Shown one piece after another: positions 13,857 to 24,207 of a DNA stretch of 64,000 bases. The translations under genes and the position numbers were made by a program. The notes under the pieces are model-generated. The model did not search any database, was not told the DNA's origin, and saw only the letters and a program-made list of their open reading frames with translations. The stretch is from Phyllobates terribilis (taxonomy: Eukaryota): assembly GCF_046119375.1 (NCBI RefSeq), contig NW_027362769.1:57908001-57972000 (forward strand), written 5' to 3'. Position 1 is the first letter of the stretch; each line of letters opens with the position of its first letter.

Positions 13857-15984
13857 GGCGGCGACATCACATATACAGGTGATCTTTTCATGTAAGTGCA
13901 ATTTTTTGTACTTTATTGCCTTTTGGCACAGAACAGGGGAAACGTGTATCCCAATTTATAGTGTAAATACTAAAATACTATTAAACATCTATATACAAAC
14001 TGATATCAATTCATACAAATAAAAATATGAAAGTGGCCTAAGTCCCTGCTTGGAGATCAGCAGCCTCTGTATCACCTTTTGTATTACACAACCATTTTTA
14101 TCTAAGTTTAAATAAAAAAGGTTTTTATTGGGCTCTATACTGTATACTCTGTGGGCTTTTTTGCTCTTCTGTGTGCTAGTTTATCAAGTTTTTCCCTATT
14201 TTCATATATTTTGTTAATGGGTATCCTGCTGTAGTTACTATGTTACTCTCTTTGTTACAATTCTTAGAAGTATCTAGAAAATTGTAACTAACATCACCAA
14301 CTTTCTCATCGGGGTTCTTATGTACAACATTTGTCTCTTATTGGACATCTGATTGCCGATAATGTAGAAGGAGCTTTTTTAAGTGTAAAGCATTTCACTT
14401 TTCTGGTAACATTCTTTTCACATTGACACAATAATTGGTAAAATTAAAATTCCAGTTTTAGATTGCTGAATATTGCAGGCGTGTGGCATCTGTTTTTTTC
14501 TTACATTTCTAAGATGATGTATTTTGAACCTTTCAGTAAGATTTCTACAAAAAAAAATATCAAAGTGACAGCTATTACGATGATGATTCTATTATATTCT
14601 CTCATAATGATTCATTTAGCATTTGTGAATATAATCCTTCCAAGCAATACTTTACAAGGCCACAATTCTTGCTTAATTACAGACGTTCCAAACGGGAAAA
14701 ATAGCCGTTATCACAGAATGAAGTTCTGTAAATAGGACTGGGCTCTGGATGAACAAACAGGATGGGAACCTTTGACAATAGTTACCAACTGTCTCCTATT
14801 TCTAAAGACTGTGCTGGTTTTAAAGGGATATTCTGATTTCTACAATTAAATTAAGTCATTGTAAAATTAAAAGTTGTAATTATACAACGATTAATCTGCT
14901 TAAACCAGAATACCACTTTAAAGGACTGCTCATGGAAAATATTGCCATTTTTCTCTGATCATATCCCATAAGCCAAAAATTAATTGAATGAAAAGCCAGA
15001 AATGAATATCCATAAAGCAGTGTTTTTGACTGGTTCTCCGAAATGTTGTAATACACATTACTGGCAGGGTTGCACCTTGCCGCAAATAGCACTTTTGCCT
15101 AATTTCAGGGGGTAGTAGATCATAAAAACATACAATCTTCTGCCCATTTTGCGCTCACTGTTTTTGCTGTGATTTAGAATAGGATTTTTTTTCTGATCTG
15201 AGGTTTGACAAACTTTTGCGCATTTCGCAAAATTGAGTTTGTCCATGCCCCTATTGTGTGTATTATACATAAACCGCTAATAGAGGAGGCACCATAGTGG
15301 CGCAGAGCCATAGTATTTGGGGTGGAGGGCCGGAGCAAGCTAAGCTCTACTAATGGTGATGGCATAATGAAAGCAGGGAGCAGGTTCTGGAGTTGTTGTT
15401 GACACGAGCGTATTACTCAGAACAGTGTTATACTATGGGGCAGTGCATGTCTGCCATTATTTTCTCATGCCGATTCGGCATGAAAAAAGAAAATCACAGC
15501 ATGCTGCGAGTGGCTCTGCAAATCTGATCACGTGCACCCAAATAAGTCTATGCATGGGAAACATTGGATTACACTCTGATGTCATCCGAGTGCAGTCCAA
15601 TTTACGCGTACACAGACAATGGAGAAGATTGAGAAATTGCGTTATCTAACTTCTCCGCACCTGTGATGCGATTCTTTCATGCGAGAGAATCGGATCACAG
15701 TAAACATATACTCGGCTCAAACTCTGATCAGCAGAGAGTCATTAGCATAATCGATTTGATTCCCTCACATGAGAGAATCATCGCTCGTCTGACCCCGATC
15801 TTAGTGTGAAAATATGGAGTAAAACTTAGAACCTGAAAACACATGGACAGTGACCTTAGTACAGACAAGTCACAGACAACTAAAGGCGCCATAGGAGGTC
15901 TGGACCATAAGACCCTGTTCACACTGTGTTTTTTGCAGTGCATCTATGACTGTGCTTTTTTACAGTAGTGTCAATCTTTTCAGA

Positions 15985-16260
15985 TGGCACAAAAATGGCA
16001 AAAATAGACTATGCCACGCCGCATTGATGCAGTAATTGATGCAAAAGGAGCCCCAACCAAGTATTGAGTACATTTACTGAACATACATATCAGTAGGCCA
16101 ACATTTCGGATTTTAAAAACATTTTTCAAGCTGTTGTTATAAAGTATTCTAATTTACTGAGATAATGACTTTTGTGTTTTCATTGGCTGTAAGCCATAAT
16201 CATCAGCATTAACAGAAATAAACACTTGAAATAGATCACTCTGTTTGTAATGACTCTATA
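15985..16260 (+). mobile_element. 3' end fragment of another Tc1 element
   Basis: ACTATGCCACGCCGCATTGATGCAGTAATTGATGCAAAAGGAGCCCCAACCAAGTATTGA reads TMPRRIDAVIDAKGAPTKY*, the typical Tc1 C-terminus. Confidence 0.7.
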
Positions 16261-16328
16261 ATACACTGCTCAAAAAAATAAAGGGAACACTCAAATAACA
16301 CATCCTAGATCTGAATGAATGAAATATT

Positions 16329-17321
16329 TGTGACACCCCAGGGGTCTGGTTGCCACAGTGATAGAGATATTATGTCTGAGAGCAGGTGGGAGGTCCTTTG
16401 GTCAGGGATCCTGTGCATGCCACACCTCCTGCCCAGTCTTGGGAGGGGAAGAACTTCCCCTATATAAACCCGGGGCTGAAGCAGGGTCAGTCAGTCAAGG
16501 AGAGTAGAGACAGAGAAGCAGCATAGGAGAAAACAGCAGAAGCTCAGTGGAGCAATACTACTACGAGTCAGGGGCTGGCAGCTGCAGAGCTCGCCCTGAC
16601 TGAGAAGCTTTCTTACCGGACCCGGCGTCCGAGGCTGTGGGGACTAACTCTTACCCAGCAGCAGAAGCCGACCGGCAGGGGATTTCAGGTCCCCAGGCCC
16701 AGAAACCCGAAGGCACGGTCACACGCGTGGGACCAGCACCGCCATCGTGGAGCGGAAGCCATTAGAAGGCCCCGAGTCACCGGCCATACGGATGAGCACC
16801 ACACGGTACACTCAGGGACGTGGGCTACTTATATCTGCTTCTAGCAAGGTAGCCAGAAGAGTACAGTCAGTTTGGGAGGCCTACAACTCCGCCTGGCCAG
16901 GGGAGATCCCATCTGCTCAAGGACTGACCAGGCCCCGTTCACTAGCAAGTACTCCGGGAGGGTCTATCGTTGTTACCAGTAAAGACCCTGAATTACACCG
17001 CACCGTCTCTGAGTGGTTCCTGCTACCCCCATCTTCCACATCTGCTGCCCTGAGGCCATACCCCTCCCGTTGGGGGTTATACCATCTACGCTGCACCATC
17101 CATCCACCGGCCTCAGCGGACTGTCCTGCAGCGGCAGCTCCATAGCTGCATTCAACGGGTGGCGTAGTCGTCCTACATCTACCGCTGTTACATCGCCGCT
17201 CAGTTTGACTCCCTGGGCACGGACCGGGTCACCGCCACGAGACTACAACCCTCAAGAGATCCGGCTCCGGGTAAGCTCCCGCGTGCGCAACGCAGCGCGA
17301 CACAGGCCCAGGGGCGCGTCA
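16329..17321 (+). repeat. 5' LTR (993 bp)
   Basis: TGTGACACCCC...GGGGCGCGTCA. Nearly identical to 23215-24207; one substitution noticed (ACGGATG vs ACGGGTG). Confidence 0.96.
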
Positions 17322-17325
17322 ACTT

Positions 17326-17344
17326 TGGCGTAGTCGGCAGGATT
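17326..17344 (+). promoter_or_regulatory. Primer-binding site, tRNA-Ser
   Basis: TGGCGTAGTCGGCAGGATT, 4 nt after the LTR, is complementary to the recalled vertebrate tRNA-Ser(AGA) 3' end AATCCTGCCGACTACG-CCA. Confidence 0.88.
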
Positions 17345-17404
17345 TCGTGCCCGCAACCACCGGGTACTGCGTGCCTGAAAAAGAGACTTTTCAAACTTAC
17401 CTGT

Positions 17405-17536
17405 GGTGAAGATTCCCGCCATCCGGCGCCATCTTCAGCCTTCTTCCCGCCATCGGTGAAGTTTCCCGCCATCCGGCGCCATCTTCTGCCTTCTTCCCGC
17501 CATCCGTGGAGTTTTCCCGCCATTGGACGCCATCTT
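17405..17536 (+). repeat. About 50-bp tandem repeat (about 2.6 copies) in the Gypsy leader
   Basis: Unit GGTGAAG(A/T)TTCCCGCCATCCGGCGCCATCTTC(A/T)GCCTTCTTCCCGCCATC. Confidence 0.85.
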
Positions 17537-17762
17537 GAGGACGCCGCGCGGGAAGAAGAGGGGCGTGGACTCCGAAAGCGCGCGAGAACTGAAGCCCCGC
17601 CTCACGTCCGGACGTTGCGTAAGGTCCTGGAAGGAGCCCAGCAGACGCCGACGTCACAGGAGCGCGACGGAAGGTCCTCAACCCTGACGATCCACTGCGG
17701 AGCCGCGGCCTACGGAAGAGGATCATCGCAAGGTAGGCCACGGTCCACTAGGGGGGAGGAAG

Positions 17763-18743
17763 ATGTCGGATACGGAGGAGAGCTTCACTGCCTCAACCCC
17801 CGCCAGCGCCACCGCTGCTGCAGTTATGCCCTTCACCATGCCCTATATCCCGGGAGCAGCTTGGCTACCCCAGTACTCAGGGGAGTCACATACCCTGCAT
17901 GACTTTAGAGAAAAGCTGGATAGCCTCTTCCAGGTGTACCCCCTCACAGAAGAGCAAAAAGTGAGCATCCTGGTGGCCCAACTAACCGGGGCAGCTAAAA
18001 GGGAAGTAAAATCCTGGCCACCTGGGAGGAAGACTGTCGCAGGGATACTAACCCGGCTGAAGGACACCTTTGATACCCGCACCTCAGCCGAGATTAAGCT
18101 TAGATTCTACGGGTGCAAGCAGCGAGCGCATGAAAGTATAAGGGACTATGCACTAAACCTACAAGAGGCCCTGAGGGCCATTAAGCAGACCGACCCTGAT
18201 GGAGTGGGAAACGAGGACAGGCTGTTGACCGAACAGTTTATAGAGGGACTGTATTGTAATACCCACCGAACCCAGTTGCGAGCAATGGCCTTACAGGATC
18301 CCCATCTGGGCTTTGCACAGTTCAAGGACAGAGCCATCCGGGTGCTCCGAGAACTGGCACCGGGTGGCGTTGTGACCCACAAGCGCCCTGCTATCACTTA
18401 CCACCAGGAGGCGGCGCCCTTGTCGGCAGGGCCTGTGGGAGCTGATGCGCAGGCTTTGGACAATGACCCGGCTCCAGACCTACACCATCAGGTCCAAGAG
18501 CTAGCTAAGAGCGTTGCTGCGCTAACCCGAACTGTGCAGTCTTTACAGGCTTCCACCCCAGGGAAGATCCAGCTGGCATCCGGACCGGAGGACATCCCGT
18601 GGCGTCGACCAAGGAGGACCCCACCGGCCAGAGGAAGACCCAGTGACCGATACAGCGAGGACGGACGACCCATCTGCCGCCGCTGCAATCAACCCGGACA
18701 TATGGCAAGGTACTGTTCTTTAAACGGGCACAACCTGGGGTAG
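17763..18743 (+). CDS. Gag, 326 aa
   Basis: Uninterrupted ORF after the PBS with a capsid-like region and the C-terminal zinc knuckle CRRCNQPGHMARYC. Confidence 0.92.
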   Translation: MSDTEESFTASTPASATAAAVMPFTMPYIPGAAWLPQYSGESHTLHDFREKLDSLFQVYPLTEEQKVSILVAQLTGAAKREVKSWPPGRKTVAGILTRLKDTFDTRTSAEIKLRFYGCKQRAHESIRDYALNLQEALRAIKQTDPDGVGNEDRLLTEQFIEGLYCNTHRTQLRAMALQDPHLGFAQFKDRAIRVLRELAPGGVVTHKRPAITYHQEAAPLSAGPVGADAQALDNDPAPDLHHQVQELAKSVAALTRTVQSLQASTPGKIQLASGPEDIPWRRPRRTPPARGRPSDRYSEDGRPICRRCNQPGHMARYCSLNGHNLG

Positions 18744-18777
18744 AGGGCCAACCCCCAGGAAAAAGATCACCAGGCCC
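18719..18777 (+). promoter_or_regulatory. Predicted -1 programmed ribosomal frameshift signal
   Basis: T TTA AAC heptamer in the gag frame (18719-18725). The -1 frame is open from there into pol. Downstream stem CCTGGGG/CCCCAGG and loop-to-downstream GGGCC/GGCCC complementarity. Confidence 0.8.
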
Positions 18778-21700
18778 ATCGAACTGGCGCGACAGATATG
18801 TGGGAGGACGTCCAGTCTTGCCTGTGGTACTGGATGGCATTCCCATGAGTGCCCTACTGGACACCGGGTCACAGGTCACCACCATCCCATACGTGCTCTT
18901 TAAGCAGTACTGGAATGACTCGGATATTACCCGCTACCCTGACGACGACTTGAGTATCATCGCCAGCAATGGCCAGCCCGTGCCACAGATCGGATTTAAA
19001 GAGGTGACCATCAAAATCGGTAGAGTCGAACTGGCAGCACAGGGACTGATCATTGTAGATATTGACAAACATGAGAGTCACCCAAAAATAACTCTAGGAA
19101 CTAATGTAATTGAAAATTGTCTTGCAGAGGTGATTTTCCTTTTACAGCAGGTTGCCAAGAACGCCAGCTCTGGCGAGCAGCGGGTGCTCCAGAAAGAGAT
19201 CCGGGCACTGATGCGACGGCAACAGGTGGAACTCTCCGGCGGTGAGATTGGTAGCGTAAGAATGTGTGACCCTTTTCCTATTGCCATGCCCCCAAAAAGT
19301 GAAATGATGATTTGGGGCCGGGCAGCTATTGGTCTGAGAGGTAGAGATTACCAGGCAATGGTAGAACCAGTTTACTCGGACAGTAGGCCCACCATTTTGA
19401 CAGCACGGGGGGTGGTTGATGTACGCCATGGGAGGGTGCCCGTTCGCATAATAAATATCGGGGAGAGGGAAGTGTACCTGCCCCGGTATGCCACGCTAGC
19501 CAAATTATATACCATTAACCAAAATTCTATACAATCTGTGGAACCCTTGCCTCCATCTCACCCGGAGGAAGGTAACGGCTCTAAGAAAAACATGGAGGAC
19601 TGGTGTCAACAACTACATCTGGGTACTGACTCCACTCCCTCACACCAGAAACAAGGAGTCTATCGGGTGGTTCAGGAGTACGAGAGAGTGTTCAGTAAAC
19701 ACCCGTTAGACTTCGGGCGAGTCAAGGGGGTAGAACACCACATCCCCACGGGAGACCATCCTCCTATAAAAGAGAGGTATCGACCCGTACCCCCTGCCCA
19801 CTACCAAGACGCCAAGGGGATGCTTAGAGACATGAAGGAGGCTGGGGTGATCAGGGATAGCTGTAGCCCCTGGGCAGCTCCACTAGTCTTAGTCAGAAAA
19901 AAAGACAACACCATGAGGATGTGTGTAGATTACCGGAAAATTAACCGTATCACACACAAGGATGCGTACCCCTTACCAAGGATAGAGGAGTCATTGGCTG
20001 CTTTAAGATCTGCTAACTTCTTCTCTACCTTGGATCTCACTAGCGGGTACTGGCAGGTTCCTGTAGCAGAGGCGGACCGGGAGAAGACCGCATTCACCAC
20101 CCCGATGGGACTTAGCGAGTTCACCTGCATGCCGTTCGGACTCTGCAACGCACCAGGAACCTTCCAACGACTAATGGAGTGTTGTCTGGGCCACAGAAAC
20201 TTCAAGACGGTCCTGTTGTACCTGGACGATGTCATCGTATATTCCAAGACGTATGAGGACCACCTGAAACACCTGGCGGAAGTGTTCGAAGCTCTGGCGA
20301 GTTACGGCCTAAAGGTGAAACCCTCCAAGTGTCACCTCCTGAAACCAAAGGTGCAGTACCTGGGACACGTGGTGAGCGCTGACGGAGTGGCTCCCGACCC
20401 TGATAAGATCACCGCAATTAAGGAATGGCCAAGCCCCTCCAGCGTAAAAGAAGTGCGGCAGTTCCTCGGGTTGGTAGGCTACTACCGAAGGTTTATTCCC
20501 GGTTTCACCAAAAAGGCAGCACCTATGCAGGACCTCCTGATAGGCCAGTCCCGGAAGGCCAAGAACCAGAAGCCGCCCTTCAAATGGGAGGAGCTGGAAG
20601 AAGAGTCCTTCCGCCAGCTGAAGATGGCCCTCACGGGGGACGAAATCCTGGCGTACCCGGATTATAGCCAGCCCTTTATCCTCTACACCGACGCCAGTAA
20701 CATCGGGCTAGGAGCCGTACTGTCCCAGATCCAGCAGGGGAAAGAACGAGTAATCGCCTACGCCAGCCGAAAACTGCGACCCACCGAAAGGAACCCCGAG
20801 AATTACAGCTCGTTTAAGCTAGAGTTCCTGGCCGTGGTATGGGCAGTCACCGAGCGCTTTAAGCATTACCTCGCTTCTTCCCGGTTCACCGTGTACACGG
20901 ATAACAACCCGCTGACACACCTGGACACGGCAAGACTCGGTGCCCTGGAGCAGAGGTGGATGGCCCGTCTGTCCAACTACGAGTTAACAATCAAATACCG
21001 GGCAGAACGCTCCAATACCAACGCGGACGCCCTGTCCAGGATGCCCAACCTGCCGGACGAAGGAGAAGATCCGGAGGGACTGGAAGAAGTTGAACTCCCT
21101 GCGTTCCACCGTCATGGGACTATCCAGTATTCCCACCGGGTAAGGAATAAGCAGGCTGTTACGTTGAACCCCTTACCTCACTACAACTGGGCGGAAACGC
21201 AAGACAGCGACCCTGCCGTCCGACTGGTGAAGGAGATGCTGACTCGCCCGGAGGCTTGCCTTGAATCAGACGCTCCGGAGGAAGCCAAACAACTATGGGC
21301 AGAGAAGAGTCGACTGTTCCTTTACAAGGGGAAGTTGTGCCGCAGAATGGTTAACTCCCGGACGCATGAACTACTCTGGCAGGTAGTGGTGCCACGAAGA
21401 GACGCAGCCATGGTGATGGAGGCATACCACGACGGAGCTGGACACTTCGGGTGGAAAAAGCTGGAGTTCCTGCTGCGCGAGCAATTCCACTGGGTAGGCA
21501 TGAGGGGAACCATTGAGAAGTGGTGCAGAGACTGTGGCCCGTGCAACCTGAGAAGGAAGGACCGTGCCAGCCAGAAGACTCCCCTGCAGTCCATCGTCAC
21601 CCGGCAACCGTTGGAACTGGTAGCCTTGGATCATGTAAAACTGACCCCAAGCAGAAGTGGCTACGTCTACGCGTTAACCATCGTGGATCATTACTCCCGG

Positions 21701-22855
21701 TTCTTGGTTGTCGTCCCCGTCAAGGACTTAACGGCTCAAACGGCAGCTAGAGCCTTCCAGCAGCACTTTTGCCGTCCACACGGGTACCCGGACCAAGTGC
21801 TGACGGACCAGGGACCTGCCTTTGAAGCGGAGGTCTTCCAGGAATTCTGCAATCTGTATGGCTGCCGGAAGATAAGGACGACACCCTACCATCCGCAAAC
21901 TAATGGACTTTGTGAGAAAATGAACCAGGTGGTAATGGATCTTCTAAAAACGTTGCCCCTGGAAGAACGCAGTCTGTGGCCTGAGAAGTTGCCCGATCTG
22001 GTGGACCTATACAACCACATCCCGGTAGGTTCCACCAACTGTACCCCGGCTTACCTAATGAGGGCAAGACCTGGTAAGTTACCTGTTGACCTGGAAATGG
22101 GAGTCCTGACACCCGAGGACACTTCACCAGAAACAGACTGGGACACAGAGAGGCAGCAGCAGTACCGGAGAGTACAGGAGAGCGTGGAGCGAAGTCTCTG
22201 TCAGGCTAGGGAAAGACAAGAGAAAACTTACAACCAGTATGCTCCCGCTGTTCCCCTGGTACCCGGAGAGCAGGTCTTGAAGAGGAAGAGACGGCTCCAC
22301 AAGTTGGACGACCAGTGGGAAAAGGACCCGTACACCGTACTGCCCTCAAGCCACGAGAACCCGAAGGTTTGTACCATCAGTAAAGACGGAGGGGAAACCA
22401 CAGCTATTGTATCCCGGGACCACCTGAAGAAGTGTCCCGAACAACTGAGGAACCCTGAAGAGGAACAAGAAGACCATCGACCCGTAGAGGAAAGGGAAGA
22501 TATGGTTAGTACTGTGCTCGGGGACTTCCCTCGGTCTTGGACTCAAGTCAATGGTGCAGTTGTGGTACCCGTACTCACCTTCCTCCAACCAGCATCCCAA
22601 GCACCTACGGAGCAACAGGTAGAGCTGGAAGAACAGCCAGTCCAGGAGGCAGCAGACCCCACACCCGCAGACCAGGAGGATCAACCCTCTGCTTGCAGTG
22701 AGCCTGCCATATCCCTAGTGAGCCAAAGAGCCGGTAGACAGCTGCCCAGTTTACCCTTGACAGCTACTACACCCTGTAGTTCAGGGCTAGGCAGTCAGCT
22801 CCGTAGGTCCACTAGGGCCACTAGAGGCCAGTTACCCGCACGGTGGAGGATTTGA
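18719..22855 (+). CDS. Pol polyprotein (protease, RT, RNase H, integrase), probably expressed as Gag-Pol
   Basis: LLDTGSQV (PR), YLDD (RT), YTDAS (RH), HHCC zinc finger, and VALDH / TDQG / CEKMN (IN DDE). No stops. The ORF track start at 18800 is a GTG, and the frame is open back to the slippery site. Confidence 0.95.
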   Translation, partial: FKRAQPGVEGQPPGKRSPGPSNWRDRYVGGRPVLPVVLDGIPMSALLDTGSQVTTIPYVLFKQYWNDSDITRYPDDDLSIIASNGQPVPQIGFKEVTIKIGRVELAAQGLIIVDIDKHESHPKITLGTNVIENCLAEVIFLLQQVAKNASSGEQRVLQKEIRALMRRQQVELSGGEIGSVRMCDPFPIAMPPKSEMMIWGRAAIGLRGRDYQAMVEPVYSDSRPTILTARGVVDVRHGRVPVRIINIGEREVYLPRYATLAKLYTINQNSIQSVEPLPPSHPEEGNGSKKNMEDWCQQLHLGTDSTPSHQKQGVYRVVQEYERVFSKHPLDFGRVKGVEHHIPTGDHPPIKERYRPVPPAHYQDAKGMLRDMKEAGVIRDSCSPWAAPLVLVRKKDNTMRMCVDYRKINRITHKDAYPLPRIEESLAALRSANFFSTLDLTSGYWQVPVAEADREKTAFTTPMGLSEFTCMPFGLCNAPGTFQRLMECCLGHRNFKTVLLYLDDVIVYSKTYEDHLKHLAEVFEALASYGLKVKPSKCHLLKPKVQYLGHVVSADGVAPDPDKITAIKEWPSPSSVKEVRQFLGLVGYYRRFIPGFTKKAAPMQDLLIGQSRKAKNQKPPFKWEELEEESFRQLKMALTGDEILAYPDYSQPFILYTDASNIGLGAVLSQIQQGKERVIAYASRKLRPTERNPENYSSFKLEFLAVVWAVTERFKHYLASSRFTVYTDNNPLTHLDTARLGALEQRWMARLSNYELTIKYRAERSNTNADALSRMPNLPDEGEDPEGLEEVELPAFHRHGTIQYSHRVRNKQAVTLNPLPHYNWAETQDSDPAVRLVKEMLTRPEACLESDAPEEAKQLWAEKSRLFLYKGKLCRRMVNSRTHELLWQVVVPRRDAAMVMEAYHDGAGHFGWKKLEFLLREQFHWVGMRGTIEKWCRDCGPCNLRRKDRASQKTPLQSIVTRQPLELVALDHVKLTPSRSGYVYALTIVDHYSRFLVVVPVKDLTAQTAARAFQQHFCRPHGYPDQVLTDQGPAFEAEVFQEFCNLYGCRKIRTTPYHPQTNGLCEKMNQVVMDLLKTLPLEERSLWPEKLPDLVDLYNHIPVGSTNCTPAYLMRARPGKLPVDLEMGVLTPEDTSPETDWDTERQQQYRRVQESVERSLCQARERQEKTYNQYAPAVPLVPGEQVLKRKRRLHKLDDQWEKDPYTVLPSSHENPKVCTISKDGGETTAIVSRDHLKKCPEQLRNPEEEQEDHRPVEEREDMVSTVLGDFPRSWTQVNGAVVVPVLTFLQPASQAPTEQQVELEEQPVQEAADPTPADQEDQPSACSEPAISLVSQRAGRQLPSLPLTATTPCSSGLGSQLRRSTRATRGQLPARWRI

Positions 22856-23205
22856 AGTGTATAAATTGTTTTATTTATGTTTACCTGTGTATTGTTGCTT
22901 GTGTATAATTTTGTGTTTCTAGTTATTTGTAGGAGTCCTTGGCGGATTTACCGGGAATCCTTGTACATAGTTGGAGCGTAACCCAGGACGGACTAAAGAC
23001 TGTTAAGGACTCGGGGTAGGACAAACCCCTACCTGGTTACGTCTCCCTGTTTTGGTGAAATGGACACCTTGCTTTTCTTCAAAGACTGCACCCGGTTACG
23101 GACATGCTGTAACCATCTTTATATGTTTTTCTTATTGTATTATTATTGTTTTTATCTTGTTATGTTTCTCTAAATATGTTTAGTCCCAGAGTACTAAATT
23201 TCACT

Positions 23206-23214
23206 AGGGGGGAA
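23206..23214 (+). promoter_or_regulatory. Polypurine tract
   Basis: AGGGGGGAA immediately before the 3' LTR. Confidence 0.88.
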
Positions 23215-24207
23215 TGTGACACCCCAGGGGTCTGGTTGCCACAGTGATAGAGATATTATGTCTGAGAGCAGGTGGGAGGTCCTTTGGTCAGGGATCCTGT
23301 GCATGCCACACCTCCTGCCCAGTCTTGGGAGGGGAAGAACTTCCCCTATATAAACCCGGGGCTGAAGCAGGGTCAGTCAGTCAAGGAGAGTAGAGACAGA
23401 GAAGCAGCATAGGAGAAAACAGCAGAAGCTCAGTGGAGCAATACTACTACGAGTCAGGGGCTGGCAGCTGCAGAGCTCGCCCTGACTGAGAAGCTTTCTT
23501 ACCGGACCCGGCGTCCGAGGCTGTGGGGACTAACTCTTACCCAGCAGCAGAAGCCGACCGGCAGGGGATTTCAGGTCCCCAGGCCCAGAAACCCGAAGGC
23601 ACGGTCACACGCGTGGGACCAGCACCGCCATCGTGGAGCGGAAGCCATTAGAAGGCCCCGAGTCACCGGCCATACGGGTGAGCACCACACGGTACACTCA
23701 GGGACGTGGGCTACTTATATCTGCTTCTAGCAAGGTAGCCAGAAGAGTACAGTCAGTTTGGGAGGCCTACAACTCCGCCTGGCCAGGGGAGATCCCATCT
23801 GCTCAAGGACTGACCAGGCCCCGTTCACTAGCAAGTACTCCGGGAGGGTCTATCGTTGTTACCAGTAAAGACCCTGAATTACACCGCACCGTCTCTGAGT
23901 GGTTCCTGCTACCCCCATCTTCCACATCTGCTGCCCTGAGGCCATACCCCTCCCGTTGGGGGTTATACCATCTACGCTGCACCATCCATCCACCGGCCTC
24001 AGCGGACTGTCCTGCAGCGGCAGCTCCATAGCTGCATTCAACGGGTGGCGTAGTCGTCCTACATCTACCGCTGTTACATCGCCGCTCAGTTTGACTCCCT
24101 GGGCACGGACCGGGTCACCGCCACGAGACTACAACCCTCAAGAGATCCGGCTCCGGGTAAGCTCCCGCGTGCGCAACGCAGCGCGACACAGGCCCAGGGG
24201 CGCGTCA
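23215..24207 (+). repeat. 3' LTR (993 bp)
   Basis: Direct repeat of 16329-17321. Confidence 0.96.

Larger units (their letters stand above)
16329..24207 (+). mobile_element. Full-length Ty3/Gypsy LTR retrotransposon
   Basis: TG...CA termini, 4-bp TSD TATT (16325-16328, 24208-24211), paired LTRs, PBS, PPT, gag, and pol in PR-RT-RH-IN order. Confidence 0.97.

Noticed and set aside
16747-17145. 132-aa ORF in the LTR (repeated at 23633..24031) and overlapping short ORFs
   Set aside because: No recognisable domain. These are chance open frames in a GC-rich LTR, duplicated only because the LTR is duplicated.
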